This document shows positions 1 through 12,318 of a stretch of 64,000 nt of DNA, piece by piece. Both the position numbers and the translations under genes were made by a program. The DNA comes from Phoronis australis. Lineage: Eukaryota > Animalia > Phoronida. The notes beneath the pieces are model-generated. The model had not been told where the DNA came from and did no database searches. It saw only the letters and a program-made list of their open reading frames with translations. The stretch spans positions 27,999 through 91,998 of the forward strand of contig NMRA01000918.1 in the NCBI GenBank assembly GCA_002633005.1. The letters run 5' to 3'. The stretch's first letter is position 1. Every line of letters starts with the position of its first letter.

Positions 1-47
1 TAGCACAGTGGTCAGTGACATTCGATTTCATTGACCAAAGCCCATGC

Positions 48-3000
48 TAACTGCTGGTGCTAATGTGTGAAGTGAGAGATTGTCTGCGAGATTCGAATCT
101 TGTCTGTGGTCATGCAGGGGGGGGGGGGGANCAATAAGGTGGAGTAAGTTGTCACAAGTGGGGCAAGTTGCATCCACACAGCCTCTACAACCTATCTAGC
201 GACAACTGGTTCCTGGGGTAACTTGTTCTAGGGTACCGTAAGTCTGCTACACCCACACACAGTTTTACCCTAGAACAAGTCGTCGATTCGTCGACGGTCC
301 ATCATTTGTCTGTGCAACATATGTCAGTATTTCAGTCTATGCTCAAAATGTATGCCTTTGTAAGTTAGCAATTTAAGTGCATAAACCTATGAAATGTCAT
401 TTTATTCGCCGTGTGATCCCATCTATTGATTAGTTGGTCTACCAACTCTCTGCAAGTCACACATAATTGCAGGGGATCTCTATATTTATCTACAGGCAAT
501 TAGTGCATAGACTCAGACCAGCAGCAAAGCACATGGTCCCTGCTGTGGCCATGTGTTAGTGATTGGTGTCATACCAGAACTAAGTCACTATTCAGCTGGG
601 TTGTGAGGAAAGTTTATGGAATATCTGGAAATTGAGAAGCCCACCTAGGCTGACAAAATTTATTTATGATCAAGTTATTATTGTATTGGGTTTGTCTTCA
701 CTGAAAATGGAACTAGGAATTCAATCATGAATGATAACTTTCTTGTCGGTGCTTTTGTAAATATTTTATTTAACATTTTCATTGTGCTGTGTTAAAGGCA
801 AAAGCAACTGTTTTTGATGGTATTAATGGAAAAATGTTGCCTGCGTACTAAAAGTTAGAGATCACTGCATGTTGGCTATGACTACGCTATGAAAACGAGG
901 AACACGATTTGCAAGTCTCACGTGATCATATATTGTTGTCACGACATCCACCTATAAATTTGACTAAGCTTCACTTTGAGCGTTCCCACGACACTGAAGT
1001 TTTGGAGATTACCGAAGCTTGGCTTTTAAATCCTACTGTTTTAAGCGACTTTTCGCTTGTAGATTAACTACCGGAGTTAACTTTTCCCGCAAAGTTTCGT
1101 TTCTAGTGGCTTATGATAAACTTACATTCATGACAATCAAAAGTAATAAAGCTTTCAAAAATGGGTAGTACCTGATTTAACCACTGATACACTTCATTGG
1201 CACTCAATTCATTAATCTCTGATAATTAGTGAATACACATTGTTGACATTTTATTGCTTGTAGTTCCAGTTCAAAGGGTTCTTTCATACTGACATAACTC
1301 TGGCCTGAGCGGAACGTCGACATAAACTGCGAAGTTATTTGAACTGTTCATACCGGCTTTAATAGTTAATGGACATTGCAGTAAACAGTAGGTGACGCTG
1401 TCGTCATCGAAGTAATCACAAGGTGCCGCTGATGCATCACGTGCATGCTACTTAGATTTTTTTAATGTGACAATTTGGGAACATTTACATGTTCTAATTG
1501 ACACAAAACATATTTCTAATTCAATTGGTGATTATTCGAGCAAAATATAAGCAACTGCTAGCGACAACACTGCCCTTTAATTGTCGACAATAACTGTGGC
1601 CCCTGGCGATAACTTTGGTGGGACCGAAGTTGACCATTCTATTTCATACTGCACCACACCGTCTACACTCCGCTGTTAAATCCATCTGTTTACTGCGAAA
1701 TTAATGCTTATGTTTAATAACACATGGTTGTGTAATGGTTGCACTGTATGATAATTACATGTGTCTATTACAAGACTATCAGCCACCTTGGATCCCCCCA
1801 GAGATAAGAAATAACCCCAACAGCTTTTGTCTCATGGTGTGCTCTGTTGATGCAAAGATTTGTATTCGCTAACAGTGTGTTTGCTTGAAGTTGGTGATTT
1901 CTGATAACGGCAGTTGGGAGGCATTGAAAATTAATGTAACCACTGACATTTTGGCAGCATGGCTACAATATGTACTTGAGATTGCTAGGCATGTTTTATT
2001 TAAAAGTTTTGGCTGGTGTGTGATAATCTTGGCTGAGCTCCTTAGTGTTAGAATCTCATGAAGGAAGCTAGTGTGAACATGTGCATTGTTTGTAGTATGT
2101 GGTGGTACCTCACAAAGTCTTGCGTGATCTTGCCTTCATGAGGCTGTCGGGTTTGCGGGTTTATGGCGTGCATGTCTGTTAACTCCAGTGTTAGGCCAAA
2201 AATAGCATGCTCATTTTGAAACCTACTCTTCAAACCTGACATCAGGTGGCACTGGGTCAAAAATAGAAAGAACTCTGCCAGTTTCAGCTATTGTCGGGTG
2301 TCACTGAGGATAAAGTAGAAGGAAGACTGATCCCAAGGCATTTCAGCTGGCGTCACGTGACTTTCTTTTTGAGAATAAGGAAAATTGATACTGAGAAAAT
2401 TTTGAATAAAAAACAAGCCAGAACCAATTATGTTATTTTTTGGCCTAAGGAAATGAAAGTAGATANGCTACGTAACTGCTGGTGCTAATGTGTGAAGTGA
2501 GAGGTTGTCTGCGAATTCGCATCTTGTCTGTGGTCATGCGGTGGGTACCAAACCGGTGATTTATGGTAAAAGAAAACCGTATGTAACTGCAGTCGATAAT
2601 TTCTTTTGTTTTGCCTTGTTCCGCGTTTGTGGCGTCCCAGCGATTAGAAGTGGTGCAAGTTACCCTAGAACAAGTTGCCTTACCTCGATAAGGTGGAGTA
2701 AGTTGTCACTAGTAGGGCAAGTTGCACTAGTTTACATAACGTCCACACAGCCTTTAAACCTAGCTAGCGACAACTGCTTCCTGGAGTAACTTGTTCTAGG
2801 GTAGAACAAGTCGTCGATTCGTCAGCGGTCCATCATTTGTATGTGCAACATATGTCGGTATTTCAGTCTATGCTCTAAGTGTATGCCTTTGTAAGTTAGC
2901 AATTTAAGTGCATAAACCTATGAAATGTCATTTTATTCGCTGTGTGATCCCATCTATTGATTAGTTGGTCTACCAACTCTCTGCAAGTCGCACATAATTG

Positions 3001-4970
3001 CAGGGGATCTCTAAATTTATCTACAGGCAATTAGTGCATGGACTCAGACCAGCAGCAAAGCACATGGTCCCTGCTGTGGCCATGTGTTAGTGATTGGTGT
3101 CATACCAGAACTAACTCACTATTCAGCTGGGTTGTGGGGAAAATTAATGGAATATCTGGAAATTGAGAAGCCCACCTAGGCTCACAAAATTTATTTCTGA
3201 TCAAGTTATTATTGTATTGGGTTTGTCTTCACTGAAAATGGAACTAGAAATTCAATCATGAATCATAACTTTCTTGTCGGTGCTTTTGTAAATATTTTAT
3301 TTAACATTTTCATTGTGCTGTGTTAAAGGCAAAAGCAACTGTTTTTGATGGTATTAATGGCAAAATGTTGCCTGCATACTAACAGTTAGAGATCACTGCA
3401 TGTTGACTATAACTACGCTGTGAAAACGAGGAACACGATTTGCAAGTCTCACGTGATCATATATTGTTGTCACGAACTCCACCTATAAATTTGACTAAGC
3501 TTCACTTTGAGTGTTCCCACGACACTGAAGTTTTGGAGATTACCGAAGCTTCGCTTTTAAATCCTACTGTTTTAAGCGACGTTTCGCTTGTAGATTAACT
3601 ACCGGAGTTAACCTTTCCCGCAAAGTTTCGTTCCTTGTGGCTTACGATAAACTTACATTCATGACTATCAAAAGTAATAAAGCTTTCAAAAATTGGTAGT
3701 ACCTGATTTAACCACTGATACACTTCATTCAGTAATCTCTGATAATTAGTGAATACACACTGTTGACATTTTATTGCTTGTACTTCCAGTTCAAAGGGTT
3801 CTTTCATACTGACATAACTCTGGCCTGAGCGGAACGTCGACATAAACTGCGAAGTTATCTGAACTGTTCATACAGGCTTCAATAGTTAATGGACATTGCA
3901 GTAAACAGCAGGTGACGCTGTCGTCATCGAAGTAATCACAAGGTGGCGCTGATGCATCACGTGCATGCTACTTAGATTTTTTTAATGTGACAATTTGGGA
4001 ACGTTTACATGTGCTAATTGACACAAAACATATTTCTAATTCAATTGGTGATTATTCGAGCAAAATATAAGCAACTGCTAGTGACAACACTGCCCTTTAA
4101 TTGTCGACAATAACTGTGGCCCCTGGCGATAACTTTGGTGGGACCGAAGTTGACCATTCTATTTCATACTGCACCACACCGTCTACACTCTGCTGTTAAA
4201 TCCATCTGTTTACTGCGAAATTAATGCTTATGTTTAATAACACATGGTTGTGTAATGGTTGCACTGTATGATAATTACATGTGTCTATTACAAGACTATC
4301 AGCCACCTTGGATCCCCCCAGAGATAAGAAATAACCCCAACAGCTTTTGTCTCATGGTGTGCTCTGTTGATGCAAAGATTTGTATTCGCTAACAGTGTGT
4401 TTGCTTGAAGTTGACGATTTCTGATAACGGCAGTTGGGAGGCATTGAAAATTAATGTAACCACTGACATTTTGGCAGCATGGCTACAATATGTACTTGAG
4501 ATTGCTAGGCATGTTTTATTTAAAAGTTTTGGCTGGTGTGTGATAATCTTGGCTGAGCTCCTTAGTGTTAGAATCTCATGAAGGAAGCTAGTGTGAACAT
4601 GTGCATTGTTTGTAGTATGTGGTGGTACCTCACAAAGTCTTGCGTGATCTTGCGTGCTGTCGGGTTTATGGCGTGCATGTCTGTTAACTCCAGTGTTAGG
4701 CCAAAAATAGCATGCTCATTTTGAAACCTACTCTTCAAACCTGACATCAGGTGGCACTGGGTCAAAAATAGAAAGAACTCTGCCAGTTTCAGCTATTGTC
4801 GGGTGTCACTGAGGATAAAGTAGAAGGAAGACTGATCCCAAGGCATTTCAGCTGGCGTCACGTGACTTTCTTTTTGAGAATAAGGAAAATTGATACTGAG
4901 AAAATTTTGAATAAAAAACAAGCCAGAACCAATTATGTTATTTTTTGGCCTAAGGAAATGAAAGTAGATA
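48..4970. repeat. Tandem near-identical duplication of about 2.4-2.5 kb (48-2465 and 2473-4970), likely uncollapsed haplotypes
   Basis: Copies match with scattered SNPs and indels and are joined at a single N (2466). Confidence 0.85.
2638..2802. repeat. Short palindromic interspersed repeat; inverted related copy at about 58164-58233 and partial copy at 134-280
   Basis: taccctagaacaagtt ... aacttgttctagggta arms; gataaggtggagtaagttgtcac occurs reverse-complemented near 58164. Confidence 0.6.
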
Positions 4971-7900
4971 GCTATAGAATATATACGTGACCTTTCTCTG
5001 AAACTGAATTAGGCCAAAAGCATGGTTCTGGTCTGTTTTGAAAATTGGTGCCAAGGTGTGGTATTTTTTTAGTTTGGGATAATTGGGTGCCTTGCCATGC
5101 ATTTAAAATTTTGCTTTTGTTCATTTTTGTGGCTTTTAGAAAAGTGTCATGTAGGCAAGCACTTTTTTCTATAAAACCCTTATAATCTCACATTCCATGA
5201 CCAAAATCAACTTTTGATTCGGATTACTTACCATTATGAAATCAGTGTCAAGTTATGCTTTAGTTGAAATAGATATGATATCTAGGTAATGTAAAGAAAC
5301 TGAAAGTTCGTTAATATCACTTGAGACCAGGCTTTACAAATTTACTTGATATTTCCTTCCTGAAAAAGATCTCGAACAATAACGAACTATAAGTTATTTG
5401 TAAGAACAAAAATCACTTCTCATTTGAGTAGGAACAATTATAGACCAATTGGTTAAGTCAAAAGTTAGTTTCTGTGACACATTTCACCGTCTTAGTGAGA
5501 CACAAATTTCCAAGTGAGTCGAAGTACAGTCTACAACCAACTAGCAGTATATACTATTCGATCTATAACTTAAATGTTCAAGATTCCAGGAAATCATGAG
5601 AAATCGGCGGGCCGATTTTTTAGGTTTAGGCCTTGCATTGTATTTTATTGTCTAATGATTCTGAGGAAGTGTCACAATGGAATGCTTCAAAAATAACTGC
5701 CCATTGTAATGAAATTTGATCTTACCTGCAAAGGTATTGTGTTGCTCATTATACTCTATCGCTGGAAGCAACTGTTCCCGAAAAAGTTTAGTGCTTATCA
5801 GATTTCTTCAATCTTAAGATTTTTTCTACCGATAACTTCCTTGTTCAGTTCCCTCTGATAACGTTTCCCGGTTGCTGTACTTAGTGGCAGCATTCAGTTA
5901 AGTTTGATAAAGTCTCCGTTTCAGTTTACTCTTGAGTTTCCTTTAGATGTCTGACGCGTTCTGTAGGTAAGGTTTACATAATATTTTACTGACTGTTTTA
6001 TTCAATAGATATTATTTGAATAAGGTAGGTGTTTTGATTAACGTGATAATCGTCATGCTATTGAGTTTCTTTGAGTGGGAGCACTTGGGCTCTTATGATG
6101 GCCTCTTTGGGACGGCCAGTTTAAAAAATGATGGCTTGGACAGTATTGCCAAGAGAGAATAAAAGACGACTTGTTTCAAGACAACCTCAGCGAAAATGAC
6201 GACCAAATGAAGAACTCTTATATCACTGGTTGATAAATTAAAGTGAAACTTAAAATTGGTTGTTTTAGTTCAATAAATACTCAAAATCGAGATCATAGAC
6301 TATTATCGTCTGTTTTTACCATAAATGTCACGCTGACGATCAGCAAATGCTGACAGCCATGTTTTTCGGTAGAATACATCTGCCCTTTGATATCAGGGTG
6401 ACTGCCTTCAGAATCATCGCATTTGTGAGTATAGACTCCCACTTTTCAAATCCAAGATGAGCTTATGAGTGGTTGGCCAGCAGCATAAAGGACAGCCCCA
6501 CTCTAATCACAAAACCTAAAATCTGGTTGTCCAACCCCACAAACTGTGTCTCGAACTTTGTGGTCCTTCATAGAAAATGCGTTGCTCTAATGCTAAATAT
6601 ATCGGCCAGAAGATTGACAAGTCAAAAAGGTCTGTGGTAGAGTTGGCCCAACTCTTCCGACATTTGGCAGTTTCATTTTAATCGCTGTTTAACTCACTTT
6701 CCTTTGACGATAGAAACCAATGATTGTCCTGTCAGGGAGAATTTTGGGACCAGTTTAGGAAGGATTACTTAGTAAACTTTGTTAGTCTCCTGTTTAGTAC
6801 GGAGGAAATGACCCTTGATATGCTTTGCTTTGGCTCACTCTGGGCCAGTGTTCATTGGTTATTTGCTGCCTTTCTTTTATGTTATCTGCAAAATGTGTGT
6901 AATTTCACCTATCCATGTGACACAGTGGTATCACTAAAAAATTTATGTGTCACATCACAGTAGTTGGTTGTAATAAAACCAGTTAAATCATCAGTTTGTC
7001 TGCATTGTTTTGTATTGAGTGTCACTAATCATTGCCGTTTGGCTGTAACTAGCAAATATGACGCCATGATTTTGGTCGGTGTGCTAAGTCCTGAGTGAAA
7101 GTTCACAACATTCGGAATGTGTAGCTTCTGTACTTACTCCTGGCTGCTAGTAAGTGGTTCTTCTTGGATATTGGAATAGATGACATTTGTTTTCCCCTGT
7201 GTCAATAAGGATACAGTCTTTGTGTTTGTTGATATTATTTAGCCAATTTGAAGAGAGAATGTGAAGTGTAACGCCTAACAAGAGGGAAGTACAATGTATC
7301 ACGCGTATCAATACAGTGGTTTTTAATTTTTCCACACTGATTAATCGAATTTCTTAACTTCTTATCACATGTCCATTTTTATCTACAAATTTGTTACTTT
7401 GCCTCCACTAAAAATGCGAATTCTTAGTCTACATACTAAAAAGTCTTGTCTAGACATTAGTCATCCAATATTAGCTCTGTTCTTTTGCTGATATCTAAGC
7501 GTCAGGCGTCTCAACAGTTTCTGAGCTGAGATGAACAAAAAAGAAAATATATACGTATCTGCCTGGCTTGTTTATTTTTGTGGTGTTGGCATGGCAACTC
7601 GCTGCCAAAAGTAAAACTTTATTAGAATTAGAATTACAAACGTCTAATCTGAAATAGTTGTTATGTCAGCAGTTTAGAACTTATGGTGGAGTGCATTGCT
7701 TTATGGGTAAATACTGCATAATCATGACACTATGATATTGCAGACTGTGGCCAATATTTCATCCATTGGTAAGCTTCAGTGCTGAACCCATGCAAGATTA
7801 ATGTTCAGGTAATTTTTTGTAACAATGGCACAATTTTTATCATTACGCGCACTTGTGTCTGAATTGTCCTTTTGCCAATGTCTTCCTTTTTGCGAGCTTT

Positions 7901-10900
7901 TATCCTCATCTGCCGTCTTTCAATATACTAAACATGACTATAGTATTTTGAATTCACACATTTCATTATTTTTGGTTGGTTCCCACATTTTACTTGAAGG
8001 TCGCACGTTTTTCGGTCAGTCGGTCGTGTGTGGGCCTCAGTCTCATGATTTTGTTGACAAAATTTGAACTCTGCTTAAGTGATAGATGGTGTGTTTAACT
8101 GTTCTTTACTACAAGTTTGTGTTTGCTAGATAAGTCACATCTAGCTGGATTATGGGCTTTCTGAATTGTACCATCCTCCAATCAATCTTGGTATCTCTGT
8201 TAATTAAGCGTGCTGCTTAGTGTTTCTAATTCAGTATTGGCATACATCATAATGTTTTTATGACCAGTGTTCTCTAGCAGTGTGGATGAGAGGCTAGGGT
8301 TAGCTATTGAGAAGATATGCTGTGAAGAAGATATAGCACCGTAAAAATTCTTTAATTTGGGACAGCCTCTAGAATTTGGGACATGGAAACTCCTGCGAAA
8401 ATCGGAATTTTCTGCATTCTGGAATTTGGGGCAAGGGCAATTTTAACATTCGTCATGTTTCTCAGATTTGGGATTATGTATTTTCAGTCTACAGAGTGGG
8501 TAATTTTGCCATCTTTTCGGTGATTCATGGATTTGAGACGGCCAATATTGCCTATTTCTAGAATTTGGAACAAGCTTCGACCTTGAGAAAAATACTTCAA
8601 TTTTCACTGTGCCAAATTAGAGAATTTTATCTGTAGTTCTGTTCCCGTATGAAAATCAAGGGAAATAATCTTGTGTATTTTTCGCACAAATTTTTACAAA
8701 ATTGACAGAATTCTGAGTTCCACTAAATTTCGCTAGATTATTACGGGCAAAATCATCGTAACCTATGTGGTTTATTGATTCGATTAAAATTCCAGATCGT
8801 TATCTGTATTATAAAACCACAGGTGCCATGTCATGCCTCGTTGTGCACTGACTCAATGTAGTGTCAGTGTTTGCCAATAGGGGCGTCATTAAAAAATGTT
8901 TGTGGAATTAATCCTAGTTATATTTTTTCCTCAAACATTTCTTGGATTTCAAAATACATGGGAACAGCACTAGTATTGATTTGGAATATCATCGTACAAC
9001 TTGTTGCAAAAATTTTCATTTTAGGGTGTTGTCTTCAATTAGGCAAGGGTGAAATTTTGACACATTTAATTTTAAGAAAAAAGCGTCTTTGGGAATTCGT
9101 TTTCGTTATCTTAGCCCTAGTGGGTTTTTTGTTTGTCCCAAGGTCATGAAGGTCACAAATGTTACACCCGCGTTATGAGTAAATGGTAAAGTTTTCAGTG
9201 TCTTAAATCAAGTGATGTTCATTGTGTTTCAATTGCCGTGGTCAGTTTTTATCATATTTGCATCTTCAAGTTTTTTGTTGTTAAAAGTTGTTAAAGTGTT
9301 GCTCATCTTTGGCAGCAGCTTCCTGGTTGTCCGTGATATCACTGGTTGTTTCTGAGCCGACAGCTATCCCATGATGTATAATTTGAAAAACAACTACAGG
9401 GTCGTTGATGAAATTCTTAAAAAAATTAACTTGAATTATTTCAATCGGTGCTGGTTTTGTTTTAAAATGTCAGAATTAAAACTTATTCTTCTTAGGACTC
9501 GATGTTGTCCCGATCTTCCTTTTAATTTGAGAATGAAGTATCAGCAGTCTGAAAATTACTACCTTCGCGGGCAATTTACCTTGTCTGGCTGAAATACTAC
9601 CTAATGGCCTATTTCACCTGGTGGCCATGATAACCATGGCAACGGTTGGGCATGAGTGATAGAGGTTCTGGTTGCATTGCAGTTCTCACTATGAGAAGGG
9701 AAATGATATAACATCCAGGATATCTGAGTTGTCACTCATCCAAGTGCACTGATTTGCTGCTGAGTGAAGATTAGTCACTGCAGTGAAATGTTGTTTGAGA
9801 ATGGATTGTTCGGTCCCCAAAGACGTGCACAATAGAAATTGTGTAGTGGATGGTATGGCATGGATGGTATTGTGCTAGTAAGCTAATGGAAGTGGGTGTT
9901 TTTTCAATTGGAATTCAATAAGTATATTTGTTGTTGTTGTAAGTTGTGTTTCGGTGTTTATTCGTCATTTCCTTAAAGACTGTGTGACTTAACTTCAGTG
10001 AATCCACTGGTTTACAAGTGGGCCCTGTCCGAAATATTATGGTGGTTCTATACTTATTTCGCTCAAATTTAATCGTAAGAATGGTCGTTTTTTTCATTTT
10101 TCAATGGCTGATTGTCGTTTTGCAAGCAGGATGACCAACCAACCTTATTTTAGCTCAAAATGACATGGAAAAAGGTTGCCTTCGCCTTTAAGCAAGTGTT
10201 GTATTGTGACATCAACGCACTGCTAACCATGCTTGGAATAGACTAAAATGTTCTTAATCTTTATTTCAACAAAACAGAATTTCACTTGTCAGCTATAGTT
10301 TGTGCTAAGTAAGTGAAGAATCATAGTAACATGAAGTTAAACACATTTAGCAGATATGTACAGTAAAGATGAAGTGAAATTCTATGAACTTTTTATGGGT
10401 TGGTAGTTATTGTTATTTTCAGGTTGAGTAATCAAAATAAATGATTGTGGGTCATTGCTGAGAGTAATTTCTGTGATGCCAGTCTCTCTCAAACTCAGAC
10501 TAATTAGTTAATTAGTTAGATTATAAACCTCCTTTTTATACTTGGGTGAACTGATGAACTCCATAGTATGTCATGATTAGCTGATCGCTATTAATAAACT
10601 GACAGTACATGGCTTCTGCGAATTTGGAACAGTACAACATAATCTCAACAAAAAAAGATTGCTGAGGTGTAGAGATACCATTCATATTGAAAGCCAATGC
10701 TAGATAAATAGCTTACAATTGACCTTTCAGTGATTTTTCTTTGGCATGTCCAGAACGAGGAATTAGGGGTAATGCAAAGCGGCTGGGTACTGCTGGTTTC
10801 CCATAATGCACTTTTGGCACGCAAAAGAGGAATGATGAAGAGGTCAATTTTCAGTTTTGTACAATACAATTATGATCATTGTTACGCCTGCTGCACGTTG

Positions 10901-12204
10901 CGTGACTTTTCTTGTGTCGGCTACTGTAACATTGTAATTTCTTTTCAAATGTTAGTAGTTAGGTCGTTGCACGTTTTCCATAATTCATCACTTTCTGCAT
11001 GCGTAAGAGAGGACATAAAAAGGTGAATTCTAAAAGTTTTACAGAGTTATGTTAAGCCTGCCCACATCATGAATATTCCATGACTTGGTTTGTGTCAATC
11101 AACTCTGTACATCCTATCAAGCATCAACCAGTGGTTTAATCATAACGCTAATGTAATTACTTGAGCCCCATTATTGTGGTGTGTTTCGTGGACGTCCAAT
11201 TTGAAATACTAAGTCATTAGTATTTTATGATCTAAAGCATTTAGTTCAAACGTTAACTCTTTATGAGATTGATAGCACAGTTTTCGGTGTCCACACAGTC
11301 ATTACTTTGAGCAGTTTTATGTTCATTCCAATTGGTTGTGTATCTGGTAATTTTTTCAGCCCCGTTGGCTATAAAAACCAGCAGTTTCACTGCTATGATA
11401 AGCGGTTTAGACTGACTGGTATCTGGCCTGGCGGTTGTTTTCTGTGATAACAGCCCCAGCCACGAACTGGGAATGACACAATATCTAGGTGATACCCTGT
11501 TTTTGAAAAGCTCACGTGTACCAGATATTGTGGCACAATCTGAGGTTGGTCTTGTTTACATTGGCCCATGTGAATGCTTTCCTCGAGTTATTGATATCAT
11601 AATTATTTTTGAGTCACTGCATTCTTATTTCTGCATTTGCATTTTGTATTTTTAACCTCGAGAACATGATCTGCTTGTATGATCAACGGCTAGATGTGCT
11701 TCAGATGCAGACAAGATTGTCTTGTTTGGGTAATAAGTCTGTGGTTTTTCTCTAGTGTGTATGCAGTTTAACAGTTTCTTATGGGTAGTGGGCGGTGTAG
11801 AATATAAGATAAACCAGAAATGGTGCATAATTCATATCAAAGATTTACACATTATCGTAATTCTTACTTAATTATTATCTCTCAAAGACTGCTTCTTTCA
11901 ACAATACCCTGTCACAAACCGCTTCTCTCCTTGGTCACAATTANGTCATTTTCATGGGTTTTTATTTTTGAGGACTACGGTAGTTTGGTGTTCATTATTC
12001 AATGGAGAAAACTGGTTCGCGAATGGGTAACTGCTGTAAATGACCGTTGTCTCTAATTCTGCCCATGTGCACTTCAACAGGGTTGGTGTTGAACAACTGT
12101 TGTTTTGTATGATGTAGTTCTGCGGAGTTACGTATCACCACCTTCACTGCTGTTAAACAATTGGTCTCTGTTACAGATGCGATGCCGTTGAAACCACCGC
12201 TACC

Positions 12205-12318
12205 ATGTCCTTAAAGGAGATTGGCACCAAACAGCCAGCGGATGGAGTGAAGCGTAGCAGCTCATTCGCTGGCGGAAAGTTCATGTTCGGGTCAACTACC
12301 AGTCTTGCCAGTCTGGAG
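12205..12318 (+). CDS. RIPOR: RIPOR coding exon 1 (MSLKEIG...KRSSSFAGG...LASLE); exon acceptor at 12177
   Basis: ttacag acceptor ending 12176, accATG context at 12205, donor GT at 12319, phase 0; RSxSFAG motif of RIPOR N-termini. Confidence 0.85.

Noticed and set aside
2048-2488. Short ORFs repeated at 4568-4990 as a duplicated gene
   Set aside because: Repetition is due to the haplotype duplication; non-ATG starts and no recognisable motifs.
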